NCBI GenBank assembly: GCA_963822445.1 | Contig: CAWGHO010000003.1 | Span: 1,504,001-1,568,000 of the forward strand | Reading direction: 5' to 3' | Length of the DNA stretch: 64,000 nucleotides | From: an uncultured Acidobacteriota bacterium | GTDB lineage: Bacteria > Acidobacteriota > Thermoanaerobaculia > Gp7-AA8 | In this document: in pieces, positions 31,121-42,645 of the stretch | Position numbering within the stretch: the stretch's first letter is position 1 | How the letters are laid out: each line of letters begins with the position of its first letter | Made by a program: the position numbers and the translations under genes | Notes under the pieces: model-generated | Databases searched by the model: none | What the model was told of the DNA's origin: nothing | Seen by the model: the letters and a program-made list of their open reading frames with translations, nothing else

Positions 31121-32341
31121 TTAGTAGACGAGGAAGCGGTCGAAACCGAACGCGTAGCGCCATCCGTCCATCGCCTCGCGGTAGACGATGTTCGGATTGT
31201 TGAAGTCGTTGCCGGTCTCGGTCAGGAACAGGATTACCCCGCGCGTGGGCGGGAAGCGCGGTCCATCAGGCGTCGTGAATTGGAACCCGTTGTAACGAAC
31301 GGTGATGCGATCGCCTTTCTCGAACGGTCCCGCGAAGAGCTCATGCAGCGCGAACAGCGTCGTGGTGTCGGCGTACCCGAACTCGTTGGCCGTCTGCGCG
31401 ACCGTTCCGTTGGACTTGACGTGCTGGATGATCAGAGAGCCGTGGCCGCCCAGGCTGCGGACGCCGACGGCGACGCGGGAGTCGGTGGCGCTGCGGAGCG
31501 GAAAGACGACCTTCGGATTCGTGTTGAGCTGATCGCGGCCCCAGAGCGCCGGGATGCGCGTTCCGAAGCGGCGCCCGTCCTGCGCACGGTTCTCGATGAC
31601 CGCGTCGACGAGCGGGCTGGGCAGGCCGAGGTTGGAAACGACTTCGATGGTGCCGGTGCCGGTTGCGCCGAGGCTGGCCATGATGTCGTCGATGACGACG
31701 GTGTCGTCGCCGTCGAGCGCATAGGGTATTGATGGATCGGTGTCGCTCGGCGCCGTGCCGAGCGGGCGGAAGTAGATGCGGCCCTGGTAGAGCTTCGGCG
31801 CTTCCGCGTCGCCGCCAACCTGCCCGACGCCGATTCCGGTTCCGGTGAGGATGACCGCCGTGGAGAAGTTCGCGCCGTTCGCTCCCGGCGCGCGGCCGGC
31901 CATCGGGATGTACCGCGTTCCGGCGATGGTGGCCATCGTTTCATCGGCCTCGACGACGTAGAGCACGTCGTCCTTGCAGGGCACCCACGTCGGATCCTCG
32001 CGATTCAGCGCGGTGACGATGTAGCGGAAGCGCATCTTGTACAGCACGGCATGCTGCACGCGCGTCGAGGTGACGTTGCGGGCTTCGAAGTTGCGCGATT
32101 CGGTGTACGGCGCGCCGAACATGAAGTCGGGACCGGACGGCTCGTTGAGCCCTTCGATCAGCGTCTCCACGTAATAGCTCGTCGCGCCAGGAACCTCGTT
32201 CCACGAAAGCGTCTGCTGCTCGCCGGAAGCGAGGCGCACCACACCCTCCGCGGACAGCTGGAGCGTGCAGTCGGCATGGATCGCGGCGGTCAGGGTCAGC
32301 ATCGCCAGAAGCAGTACTGCCAGTCTTGAATGTCGAGTCAT
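31121..32341 (-). CDS. Secreted beta-rich hypothetical protein (Fn3-like N-terminal part)
   Basis: AAGGAG SD; signal peptide; LSWNEVPGATSY (Fn3-like) and IPMAGRAPGANGANFST segments. Confidence 0.65.
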   Translation of the reverse strand: MTRHSRLAVLLLAMLTLTAAIHADCTLQLSAEGVVRLASGEQQTLSWNEVPGATSYYVETLIEGLNEPSGPDFMFGAPYTESRNFEARNVTSTRVQHAVLYKMRFRYIVTALNREDPTWVPCKDDVLYVVEADETMATIAGTRYIPMAGRAPGANGANFSTAVILTGTGIGVGQVGGDAEAPKLYQGRIYFRPLGTAPSDTDPSIPYALDGDDTVVIDDIMASLGATGTGTIEVVSNLGLPSPLVDAVIENRAQDGRRFGTRIPALWGRDQLNTNPKVVFPLRSATDSRVAVGVRSLGGHGSLIIQHVKSNGTVAQTANEFGYADTTTLFALHELFAGPFEKGDRITVRYNGFQFTTPDGPRFPPTRGVILFLTETGNDFNNPNIVYREAMDGWRYAFGFDRFLVY

Positions 32342-32457
32342 CGTCGTCTCCTTGCGCTCCACCCATCGCAATCGCGCCACCATCGGCGCGGTTCATTCAG
32401 ATCTGCTTGAGAGCGCGCAACTTGTCTGGATTTATAACCGCCGCGGACCGAAACGGA

Positions 32458-32498
32458 GCGTATGACCTCGCGCACGCAGAGTATGAAAGCTCATACGC
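32458..32498. promoter_or_regulatory. Candidate transcription factor operator (GTATGA-N4-TCATAC plus an extra half-site)
   Basis: GCGTATGA at 32458-65, GTATGA at 32481-86 and TCATACGC at 32491-98, in a divergent intergenic region. Confidence 0.4.
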
Positions 32499-32534
32499 AG
32501 TGAGGGAGGGCGCGACGTGTAAATTGCGCGGCGG

Positions 32535-33782
32535 ATGATCGCAAGCCGTCTCGTCCGCCTGGCGGCGCTCCTCGCCCTCTGCGTCGCCCTGCCCGCGCTC
32601 GCCCAGAACGCGCCGGCGTTCTTCATCGAGACGATCACCGTCGAAGGAGCATCCTCGGCACGAATCGTCGTTGCCGAGTCCCGCCTTCGCGAAGGACAGA
32701 TCTACGGCGAGCCGGAGTTGCGCGATGCGATGGCCCGCATCCAGCGCCTGCCGTTCGTGCTCTGGACCGACTTCCGGCTGGCCAAGGGCTCCGCCGTCGA
32801 AAAGTACGTGCTGGTCATTTCGATCAAGCAGATGAAGCCGCTGTTCCTCAATGTGGGGATGCTGACGCGGTGGACGCCGCTCGATGTGTTCGAACGGCGA
32901 CCCGAAGGGCTGGTGAAGGTCGGCGAGGTCATCGACCAGGCGCGCGGGACCGAGCTGGCTGGGGGCGGGCGCATGTTTCTCGGCTCGCGTGGCGTCCTGA
33001 CCGCGGCGGCGCAGGTCGTCGAAGATCGCGAGGACCGCTACATCCTCGCCTTTACGCAGTACGACCTCTTCGGCACGCGGGCGTCGATCACCGCGCTGGT
33101 TTCCGAGCTCGACGATCCCGGCGCGATGCGTCCGCCGGGACCGGACGCGCGCATCGACTGGCGGCGCCGGGACAACTTTCTGTACGAGCTGATCGGAGTC
33201 GTTCCAATCGGCAACAACGACTCCATCCGCGGCACGTGGCAGCGTTCGGAACGGCCCATCCGCTATTTCGAGCTTTCGCCGGAAACGGGATCCCCGCGCG
33301 GCGTGCTCCGCTCCCTTCCCGAGATCCGGAAAGAGCTTTTCTGGATTCACGACACCACGAACGATCCGCTGTTTCCGACGAGCGGCACGCGGATCACCGC
33401 AGGAGTCATCCGGACGAGCATGCCCACGTCCGGGTTCACCGAGCTGGGACGGGTGAAGGTCGATGAATACCGCACGACGCTCGAGCGCTCCTGGACCGTC
33501 ACTCCCCAACAATCGCTGACCCTCGGCGCGAGCGGACTCGATTTCGACCGCAGCATCAAAAAGTACCGCGGCTATGCGCGCTACGCGTTCGATCTCTGGG
33601 GCCGCGAGCGGACGTTGAAGTACGGCGATCTGCGGCTCGAGCTGCAGGCCGATCGCGTATTCACCAAGGTTCGCCAGTTCCCGTTCGACGCGGAGTCGAC
33701 CGCGCGCATCGGCCTCGCTCATCGCAACGTCTGGGGTGTCCTGCGCCTCGACTTCGAATACAACGCCTGGAGAGAGCCGTAG
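32535..33782 (+). CDS. Omp85-like outer-membrane protein (one POTRA-like domain plus beta-barrel)
   Basis: Signal peptide; FFIETITVEG..LRDAMARIQRLPF (POTRA-like); DTTNDPLFPTSG; amphipathic strands. Confidence 0.6.
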   Translation: MIASRLVRLAALLALCVALPALAQNAPAFFIETITVEGASSARIVVAESRLREGQIYGEPELRDAMARIQRLPFVLWTDFRLAKGSAVEKYVLVISIKQMKPLFLNVGMLTRWTPLDVFERRPEGLVKVGEVIDQARGTELAGGGRMFLGSRGVLTAAAQVVEDREDRYILAFTQYDLFGTRASITALVSELDDPGAMRPPGPDARIDWRRRDNFLYELIGVVPIGNNDSIRGTWQRSERPIRYFELSPETGSPRGVLRSLPEIRKELFWIHDTTNDPLFPTSGTRITAGVIRTSMPTSGFTELGRVKVDEYRTTLERSWTVTPQQSLTLGASGLDFDRSIKKYRGYARYAFDLWGRERTLKYGDLRLELQADRVFTKVRQFPFDAESTARIGLAHRNVWGVLRLDFEYNAWREP

Positions 33783-33783
33783 C

Positions 33784-34395
33784 GTGAGGCGGCCGGCCGG
33801 CATTCTCCTCTTGATGCTGGCCATCACTGCCGGCGGCGCCGACCGGCGTCCCGGCGCGGCGATCTCCGCAAATGGCGCGTTGACGATCACGCTGCCCGCG
33901 GATCTGCTGCGGTCGGCCGAGGTGCGGGATCAGTTGACCAGCGGCCTCACGACGGTTTTCGTGATCACCACCGTCGCCAGTGACGGCGGGGAATCGATCA
34001 AAGGCGCCGCGCGCATCGACGTCCGTTTCGCGTTGTGGGAGGAGAAGTACCTCGTCTCGGTGATCGAGGCGACAGGCCAGGAACGGCAGTTGACCTTCGC
34101 CGACGAGGCCGCCCTGGGGCGCTGGTGGAGCGAGAACCCTTTGACTGTCAGTCCGCCGCGCAAGTACGGTCCGCGCGTGGATGTCCGGGTCAGGCTGAAA
34201 CTGCTGCCGTTCTCCAGTCAGGAGCAGAGCGACACGCGCCGCTGGCTGGCGCGCACTCTTTCCGGACGGCAATCGCGGAGCGAGGAGTTCACGCCCGCGC
34301 AATCGGCGGACATCCTGCGGATCATCGTCGAGACGTCGATCCGCCGCCGGCCTCTGCTCGAGCGGGAATGGTCGGTCCGCGCGGAGAGGCCGTGA
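33784..34395 (+). CDS. Exported DUF4390/NtrZ-like protein
   Basis: Signal peptide; QLTSGLTTVFVI..RFALWEEKY; lies directly upstream of the kinase-regulator pair. Confidence 0.5.
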   Translation: MRRPAGILLLMLAITAGGADRRPGAAISANGALTITLPADLLRSAEVRDQLTSGLTTVFVITTVASDGGESIKGAARIDVRFALWEEKYLVSVIEATGQERQLTFADEAALGRWWSENPLTVSPPRKYGPRVDVRVRLKLLPFSSQEQSDTRRWLARTLSGRQSRSEEFTPAQSADILRIIVETSIRRRPLLEREWSVRAERP

Positions 34396-35599
34396 CGTCG
34401 TCGCGGGCAGTGACCGCGGTATTGCTGCTGTTGACCGCGGCGTCGTTGATCACGTTCGCGTACGTGCTCCGGCGGCTTTCGACAGTGACCACGGGACTCG
34501 CGGCGCACGCGGAGATCGAACAACAGCTCCGGCAGTCGCTCGAAGATCAGAAGAAGCTGGCGCGTCTCGATCCTGCCGGCTCGAAACAACATCGCCAGCG
34601 ATTCGACCAGATCGCCAGTCTCCTCGGCCATCTGCGCGTCGTCCAGTTCAATCGCAGCGAGGTCGCGCGGCAGGTCGAGGAACTGCTGATCGGACTGGTG
34701 GCGCTGATCCTCGCCAGCGGCATCGGTCTGTATCTGCTCGAGCGGCGCAGCCGCGAACGCAGGCTGGTGCGACTCGAAGCCGCGCTGACCGCACTGTCGC
34801 GCGGCGAGCAGGAGATCGTGCTGCACGACCGGCGGCAGGATGTGATCGGCCGGATCGCCTCGGCGATCGAGCGGACCTCGCGAGCCGCCGCGCAGGACCG
34901 GCGTCAGCTCCGCTATCTCGAGCATCTCTCCGCGTGGCAGGAAGCCGCGCGGCGCCACGCGCATGAGATCCGCACGCCGCTTGCCGCGGCGCGGATGGAA
35001 GTCGAACGGTTCGCGAGCGCGTTCGGCCGGCGTCTGCCAGACGCAGTCCCGGAGATCGACGAAGCTCGCCGCAGCATTCTCGAGGAGATCGATCACCTCG
35101 GCGAATTCACGCGCAGCTTCACGTCGTTCGCAACGATTCCCAGGCCGCGCGTTCGTGAGCTCGATCTGCAGAAGCTGGTGAGCGATTTCTGCGCGACCTT
35201 CGCGACGGCCTGGCCGGGAGTGCGGCTGATCAGCAACGAGGGCGCGCCAGCGATGATCAACGCGGACGGCGAAATGGTGCGGCAGGTGCTCGCGAATCTG
35301 GCCGGGAACAGCGCGCTGGCGTTCGGAAGCGGGGGAGGGACGATCACCTTCACACTGCGCCGCCAAGGATCGTCGTGGCTGCTCGACGTCGCCGATGATG
35401 GTCCCGGTGTCGCGCCGGAGATCAAAGGCCGCCTTTTCGAGCCCTACACGACCACGCGCGGCATCGGCGAAGGCATGGGCCTCGGCCTGGCCATCTCCAA
35501 GAAGATCATGCTCGATCACGGCGGCGACCTCGATCTCGTCGATCATCGCGGCCGTGGGGCGACGTTCCGACTGACCTTCCCATCGACGGAGATCGCGTC

Positions 35600-35603
<4 letters not shown>
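34392..35603 (+). CDS. Sensor histidine kinase (NtrY-like)
   Basis: Two TM segments, HAMP-like linker, AWQEAARRHAHEIRTPL H-box, and N, D/G1, F and G2 boxes. Confidence 0.9.
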
Positions 35604-37009
<1,406 letters not shown>

Positions 37010-37996
37010 TTACTTCAGATGCCGCGCGAGAAAGTCCCACATCTCGCGCCGTGAATCTTTGGCCAGTTTCGTGTCGATGCGGTTGAACTGATGCGCCCCC
37101 GGCGCGGCTTCGTAAATCTTGTACTCGAACTTCTTGCCGGCCGCCTTCAGCGCGGCGATGAGATGCTCGACCTCGAGGACGTGCACGTCGTCGTCGTTCG
37201 TGGTGGTGTGGATGAGCAGCGGCGTCTGCAGCTTCGCCGCGTGATAGACCGGTGAGCGGCGGCGGAACTCCATCACGTTGTCTTCCGGCTGTTTGCCGAT
37301 GAAGCCCTCGAAGATGTCGCGGTACTCCTGGCCGGTGTAGCCCATGCGCGCGACGAGATCGCTGACCGGCACGCCGGCGTAGGCGACTTTGTAGTCGTTC
37401 GGCCAGTTGAGGATGTTCATCAGCGCGTGAAAGCCGCCGTGGCTCCAGCCGAAGATGCCGACGCGATTTCCGTCGACGAAGGACAGGTTCTCGACGGCCC
37501 AGTTGCGCGCGTCGTGCGTATCGTCGATCTCCGCGCCGCCGTAATCGATCTGGCTGCGCAGGTCGCTTCCATGTCCGATCGAGCCGCGATATTCAGGCGA
37601 GACGATGACGAAGCCGCGCTCCAGAGCCTCGCGGAAGATGTGCGCGTAATTGCTGTCGAGCCTCCCATGCACGCCGCCGTGCGCAAAGATGAGCGCCGGC
37701 GCCTTGCCGCTGAGGTTCTTCGGCGAGAAGACGTAAACCGGCAGGACGAGCATGTTCCCGGCGCTGATCGAGGTGGCGTTCGCCTCGCGCCGCGGCTTGC
37801 TGCTGGTGATGCGGTACTTCTGAATGTTTGCGACGTCGCCGAGCTTGAAATACCAGAGCGCGTCGTCGATGAAGCGCTGCGTATCTTCGAACGCGCGATC
37901 CACGCCGCGGTCGTGGGCGTCGAGGGATTTGGCGATGTCGGGTTGTTGGGCGATCGCGGTGGTGGCGGCGAGCAGGATCAGGAGCAGTCTCTTCAT
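37010..37996 (-). CDS. Secreted S9 (prolyl oligopeptidase family) peptidase
   Basis: Signal peptide; HGG, YRGS.GHG and GWSHGG motifs; Asp in DDDV and His in GAHQF. Confidence 0.88.
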   Translation of the reverse strand: MKRLLLILLAATTAIAQQPDIAKSLDAHDRGVDRAFEDTQRFIDDALWYFKLGDVANIQKYRITSSKPRREANATSISAGNMLVLPVYVFSPKNLSGKAPALIFAHGGVHGRLDSNYAHIFREALERGFVIVSPEYRGSIGHGSDLRSQIDYGGAEIDDTHDARNWAVENLSFVDGNRVGIFGWSHGGFHALMNILNWPNDYKVAYAGVPVSDLVARMGYTGQEYRDIFEGFIGKQPEDNVMEFRRRSPVYHAAKLQTPLLIHTTTNDDDVHVLEVEHLIAALKAAGKKFEYKIYEAAPGAHQFNRIDTKLAKDSRREMWDFLARHLK

Positions 37997-38013
37997 GGAG
38001 CGGCGATTCTAGT

Positions 38014-38090
38014 CCCCCGTGTAGTGTGGGCCTCCGGCCTACCTCTGGCCCCCGCCCAAAGGTAGGCCGGAGGCCCGCATTACACGGGGG
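38014..38090. repeat. GTAG-type REP doublet (REPIN-like)
   Basis: 31-bp arms CCCCCGTGTAGTGTGGGCCTCCGGCCTACCT and AGGTAGGCCGGAGGCCCGCATTACACGGGGG with a 15-nt spacer. Confidence 0.8.
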
Positions 38091-39260
38091 TCAATGCAGG
38101 AACATCGGCATCCCCATCACATCCGCGACCTTCGGCCGGTACTCCTCCGCGTCGTAGAAGCGCGTGACGTCGACGCGCTTCTGGCCCTGGCCGGTGATCT
38201 CCAGCGGGACGGTCGTGTAGCGGCCATCGACGACGGCGACCATCCGACCGGTCTCGCCGCGACGGCGGATCAGATCGGCGGCGAGCGCCCCGAAGTTCTT
38301 CGCGGCGATGAGGTCGAGTGAATCGGGCGCGCCGGATCGCATGAGATAGGCGAGGCGCTGGTAGATGACTTTGTCGCGGCCGCGATGCTCGAGGTATTCG
38401 GCGAGCACGCCGCCGACACCGCCCAGCTTCCGCTGGCCGGCTTCATTCGCTTCGCCTGTTTCGATCGTCAGTCCCGTGGTTGTACGCGCGCCTTCGGAGA
38501 CCGCCACGACGGAGTAATTGCTCGGGTTCTCGCTCTTGTCCCGGCTGAGCATCTGGTACAGCAGCTCCATGTCGAACGGCACCTCGGCGATCACCGCGCG
38601 ATCGACACCGGCGAGATACGACGCGAGCAGACACGTTTCGCCGGAGTTGCGTCCGAACAGCTCCACGACCAGGAAGCGCTCGTGCGAGCCGGCGCTGGTG
38701 CGGAGATCGTTGATGAACATGACCGCGCGCGTGACCGCTGTCGAAAATCCGAGGCAGTAGTCGGTGCCGAAGACGTCGTTGTCCATCGTCTTGGGGATGG
38801 CGATCATCGGCACGCCTTCCTGATGCAGGCGCCGCGCGAAGGTGAGCGTGCCGTCGCCGCCTAGGGCCACGAGGCAATCGAGCTCGAGGAAGTTGATCAC
38901 GCGCAGGGCGACCTGGGTCAGGTCGTAGCGTCCACGATCATCCGGCTCGCCTTTCTCGCTTTCGAGGTGCGCCGGGATGTGCTCGGCGCGGCTGATCGCC
39001 GGATTGATGCGCGAGGTGTGCAGCACCGTGCCGCCGGTGCGATCGATCGCGCGCGTGTTGAGGCGCGTCAGCGGCGTGATCCACTCCGAATTGTCGGCGC
39101 CGGCCTCGGGGATGATGTTGATCAGCGACGCCCATCCGCGCCGGAGGCCGATGACCTCGCAGTCGCAGGGCTCGTCGAGGAGACGCCAGACCAGGGCCTT
39201 GATCGCCGCGTTGAGGCCGGGAACGTCTCCGCCGCCGGTGAGGACTCCGATCCGTCGCAC
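38091..39260 (-). CDS. pfkA: 6-phosphofructokinase (PfkA family, probably ATP-dependent)
   Basis: LTGGGDVPGLN, GGDGT, PKTMDND and ELFGR motifs. Confidence 0.9.
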   Translation of the reverse strand: MRRIGVLTGGGDVPGLNAAIKALVWRLLDEPCDCEVIGLRRGWASLINIIPEAGADNSEWITPLTRLNTRAIDRTGGTVLHTSRINPAISRAEHIPAHLESEKGEPDDRGRYDLTQVALRVINFLELDCLVALGGDGTLTFARRLHQEGVPMIAIPKTMDNDVFGTDYCLGFSTAVTRAVMFINDLRTSAGSHERFLVVELFGRNSGETCLLASYLAGVDRAVIAEVPFDMELLYQMLSRDKSENPSNYSVVAVSEGARTTTGLTIETGEANEAGQRKLGGVGGVLAEYLEHRGRDKVIYQRLAYLMRSGAPDSLDLIAAKNFGALAADLIRRRGETGRMVAVVDGRYTTVPLEITGQGQKRVDVTRFYDAEEYRPKVADVMGMPMFLH

Positions 39261-39268
39261 GTCCGCGT

Positions 39269-40387
39269 TTATAGCAGACGTTCGTTGGCCTTGGTCTCAC
39301 CCTCCGGAAACAGTACGACCTTCAGCGCTTCGTGCCGGTCGAACTTGCCGATGCCGTCGTGGAAGTCGTTCAGCGAGTCGTACGTGGCCTGCACGACCCA
39401 GTCGACGTCGAGGCCCGAGCGCAGCAGCGCGAGCATGCGCTGCCAGGTCGAGTACATACGCCGTCCGATGATGCCGTGCATGGTCACACCCTTGAAGATG
39501 ACGTTGCGGGTGTAGTCATCGATCGTCACCGAGTGACCGGCCGGCAGGCCGAGAAGGGAGAGCGTGCCGCCCATGCGGACGATGTCGAGGCCGAAGTTGA
39601 TCGCGGCCGAGGATCCGGACATCTCGCAGACGACGTCGACGCCGACACCATCCGTGATCGCTTCGATGGCTTTCTTCACTTCCGCCTTGTCGGTCGTGCG
39701 GACGTTGAAGGCGTGCATGTTCGAGAAGTTGCGCGCGGCCGCCCAGCGGCGTGCGGTTTCGAGCTGGTGGTCGCTGACGTCGGTGACGATGACCACCGAA
39801 GCGCCGCTGTGCTCGGCGATGGCGGCGGACATCGCGCCGATCGGTCCGAAGCCGGTGATGGCCACGCTCTTTCCGGCCAGATCGACGACCTGCGTCGTGT
39901 GCACGGCATTGCCCAGCGCGTCGAGGAAAGCGCCGATGCGCGGCGGAACGTACGACGGCAGCTTGATGACGTTCGACGCGGGCACTTTCACGAACTCCGC
40001 GAACGCACCGTCCTCGTGCAGGCCGTAGATCTTCGTGCGGGTGCAGATGTGGCCGTTGCCGGAGCGGCATTGCGGGCACTCGCCGCAGATGATGTGCATC
40101 TCCGCTGAAACGTAATCGCCCGGATGGAGGAGGCCTTCGTGCGAGCGCTCCGCGCCTTCGCCGATGGCTTCGACGAATCCGCAGAACTCGTGGCCGTACA
40201 CGCGCGGCGGCGTGACCGAGTCGCGGATCGACGGATCCCAGTGGTAGATGTGCTTGTCGGTCCCGCAGATGGCCGCGGCGGCGACGCGAATCAACACTTC
40301 GCCGGGACCAGGTTTCGGAACCGGACAATCGCGGATTTCGGTTCCCACGGGACCGTCGAGAGGGGCGGACTTAACGACGGCTAGCAT
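39269..40387 (-). CDS. tdh: L-threonine 3-dehydrogenase
   Basis: ICGTD.HIY.WD, GHEFCG, structural Zn Cys cluster, DALGNAVHT and GRRMYSTW motifs. Confidence 0.85.
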   Translation of the reverse strand: MLAVVKSAPLDGPVGTEIRDCPVPKPGPGEVLIRVAAAAICGTDKHIYHWDPSIRDSVTPPRVYGHEFCGFVEAIGEGAERSHEGLLHPGDYVSAEMHIICGECPQCRSGNGHICTRTKIYGLHEDGAFAEFVKVPASNVIKLPSYVPPRIGAFLDALGNAVHTTQVVDLAGKSVAITGFGPIGAMSAAIAEHSGASVVIVTDVSDHQLETARRWAAARNFSNMHAFNVRTTDKAEVKKAIEAITDGVGVDVVCEMSGSSAAINFGLDIVRMGGTLSLLGLPAGHSVTIDDYTRNVIFKGVTMHGIIGRRMYSTWQRMLALLRSGLDVDWVVQATYDSLNDFHDGIGKFDRHEALKVVLFPEGETKANERLL

Positions 40388-41374
40388 GAGCGGCGGCGGA
40401 TGCTATCACTTGTCCGGAGCGCTTCCTGCGGAAGAGGCTCCGCACCACCCGCAGGGCCGTGTCGGCCCACTCTTCGATCGCCGGCGTTTGTTCCACCGAG
40501 ACCGTGCGCGTGCCGTGAGGAAGATCGGCGATGAACTGCGAGATCGCCCAGATCAGCGCATCGGGATCGCGGAGATACAGGTCCTTGTGCAGACCTTCGT
40601 CGATGGTGTGAATCCGCTTCGCCGCGGCGTGCAGGCGTCGTAGATCTCGTGGGCCATCATCGCGGGACAGACCTCGTCCCTGGTGCCGTGCAGAACGAGC
40701 AGCGGAACCTGCAGCCGCTTGATCACTCCGATCGTGTCGAAGATGTTGCCGGAGAGGAGATGCAGCGGCAGGCGCGGGAAGAGGTGACGCGTGATGTCGG
40801 GGAGGCTGGTGAAGGTGGACTGAAGGATCAGCGCGTCGAATGGATGACGGCGGATGACCTGCGCCGCGACCGCGCCGCCGAGGGAGAAGCCGTAGAGGAC
40901 TGAGGGGACATTCTTCGGGCGGATCTTGTCGTGAAAACGGGACGCGGTGACGCCATCCGAGATCACTCCACCCAACGACGCCGTTCCGGTGCTGCGGCCG
41001 AAGCCGCGGTAGTCGAAGAACAGCACGTTGAAGCCTGCGTTGAGCAGGTGAGGAATGATGTCCGCGCTGATGGTGAGATTGCCGGTGTTGCCGTGGCAGA
41101 ACACGCCGCTGGCGACGGGCTTTTCGGCGCGGCAGTACCAGGCGTACAGCTCCTCGCCGTCCGGCGTCTCGATCCAGTGCTCTTCGACGGCGCCTTTCGG
41201 GATGCCGTAATCCTCGGGATTCCAGCTCTTGACCGGTGTGGGACTGGGAGCGAAAAGCTGCGAGCGGCGATAGATCCGGCGGCCGATTTCCGCGGCCAGC
41301 ACAGCGGCGCCGCCGATCAGCAGCGGCACGCCGGCGGCGTCACCAAGGGAGCTCTTTTTCCTGCCGAATCGCAT
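40371..41374 (-). pseudogene. Alpha/beta hydrolase with an apparent frameshift near 40625
   Basis: HGNTGN, DYRGFG, GFSLGG and HGTRD lie in the annotated frame; the catalytic-His segment KRIHTIDEGLHKDLY continues in another frame to TAA at 40371. Confidence 0.75.
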
Positions 41375-41423
41375 GACCTAGGGTACTCCAGAGCAAGAGT
41401 TTTGCCGTGCTACAGTTCGCCGC

Positions 41424-41834
41424 TTGAGGTACGTCGAATCACGCGTTCGCGTGCGCTACAAAGAGACGGACCAGATGGGCATCGTCCATCACTCGAACTA
41501 CCTGGTCTGGTTCGAGATCGGCCGCACGGACCTCTGCCGGGCCACCGGATTTCCGTACAACGAGATCGAATCGCGTGGATTCATTCTGGTGGTGACGGAG
41601 ATCGCCTGCCGGTTCCGCACGCCGTATCGCTATGACGACGAGGTGGTGATCCGCACGTCCGTCGCCGATGCCGCGAGCCGGGCCATGCGCTTCTCGTATG
41701 AGCTTTACGACGGAGCGGGGGAAGAGCTTCGAGCGACGGGCCACAGTGCGCATTTGTGGCTCGATCGCGAGTCGCGCAAACCGGTGCGCGCGGATGCGGA
41801 AGTGATGGAGGCGTTTCGACCATGGCTCGCTTGA
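41424..41834 (+). CDS. Acyl-CoA thioesterase (YbgC/4HBT family)
   Basis: VRYKETDQMGIVHHSNY..WFE.GR motif. Confidence 0.9.
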   Translation: MRYVESRVRVRYKETDQMGIVHHSNYLVWFEIGRTDLCRATGFPYNEIESRGFILVVTEIACRFRTPYRYDDEVVIRTSVADAASRAMRFSYELYDGAGEELRATGHSAHLWLDRESRKPVRADAEVMEAFRPWLA

Positions 41835-42256
41835 TCCTCTTCTCATTCATCGTGATCTCAGCGTGCGCGCCGGTTTCGCCGACCTACCTCACCTTGCCGG
41901 AGCGCGCAGCTCTCAACACGCCTTACTCCGACGCTGTCCGCGTGGGGAATCTGGTCTTCCTGTCCGGCACCGTCGGCAGTGCGCCGGGAACGAGGCAGGT
42001 CGTGCCGGGTGGTGTGGCGGCGGAGACGCGCCAGGCGCTGGAGAACGTGAAGCACAACCTCGAGGCGCATGGCTCGTCGATGGACCGGGTGGTGAAGTGC
42101 TCGGTCTTCCTCGCCGACATCGGCGACTTCGAGACCATGAACGGTGTCTATCGCGAGTATTTCAAAACCAACAAGCCGGTGCGGACGACGGTCGGCGTGA
42201 ACGGTCTGCCGATGGCTGCGCGGGTCGAGATCGAGTGCATCGCTACGATTCGATGA
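41822..42256 (+). CDS. RidA family protein with lipoprotein signal
   Basis: PYSDAVRVGNLVFLSG, P.RTTV and VEIE motifs; VISAC lipobox. Confidence 0.88.
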   Translation: MARLILFSFIVISACAPVSPTYLTLPERAALNTPYSDAVRVGNLVFLSGTVGSAPGTRQVVPGGVAAETRQALENVKHNLEAHGSSMDRVVKCSVFLADIGDFETMNGVYREYFKTNKPVRTTVGVNGLPMAARVEIECIATIR

Positions 42257-42620
42257 CCGCGCCCTGTTCCGCGAGGAGCTCGCGCAACAGCGAGCGGTGG
42301 CACTGCGACTCTTCTTCGCAGTAGCAGCCGACGGAAAAGTTCGCCGTCTTCGATAGCGCGGCGAGTAACGCGAGCATCCGTTGCGCCGCGGGCTGTTTCA
42401 TCTCCGCGCGGTATTTGCGGGCAAACGGGGCGAAGGGCCCGGACAGCGCGGAGGAGACCAGTGCCGCCGACGGCGCGAGCTCGGGAAGCCATACATCGAA
42501 ATAGTCGCGCGACGCGTAGTCCTCTTTGCGCACCCCACGCGGCGGACGCCGGACCGTGCCGATGCGCAGGCCCTCGCCGGGAAGGCGGGGCGTGCCGAGG
42601 CGGACGATGCGGATGGACAT
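42243..42620 (-). CDS. DUF488 family protein
   Basis: GLRIGTVRRPPRGV, WLPELAPS and CYCE..CHRS motifs. Confidence 0.85.
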   Translation of the reverse strand: MSIRIVRLGTPRLPGEGLRIGTVRRPPRGVRKEDYASRDYFDVWLPELAPSAALVSSALSGPFAPFARKYRAEMKQPAAQRMLALLAALSKTANFSVGCYCEEESQCHRSLLRELLAEQGAVIES

Positions 42621-42645
42621 GACCGGAAGCTATCATGCGAGGACT

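Noticed and set aside
32367-32382. Minus-strand TGGTGGCGCGATTGC as a sigma54 site
   Set aside because: Spacing is correct but the -24 element (TGGTGG) matches poorly; too weak to call.
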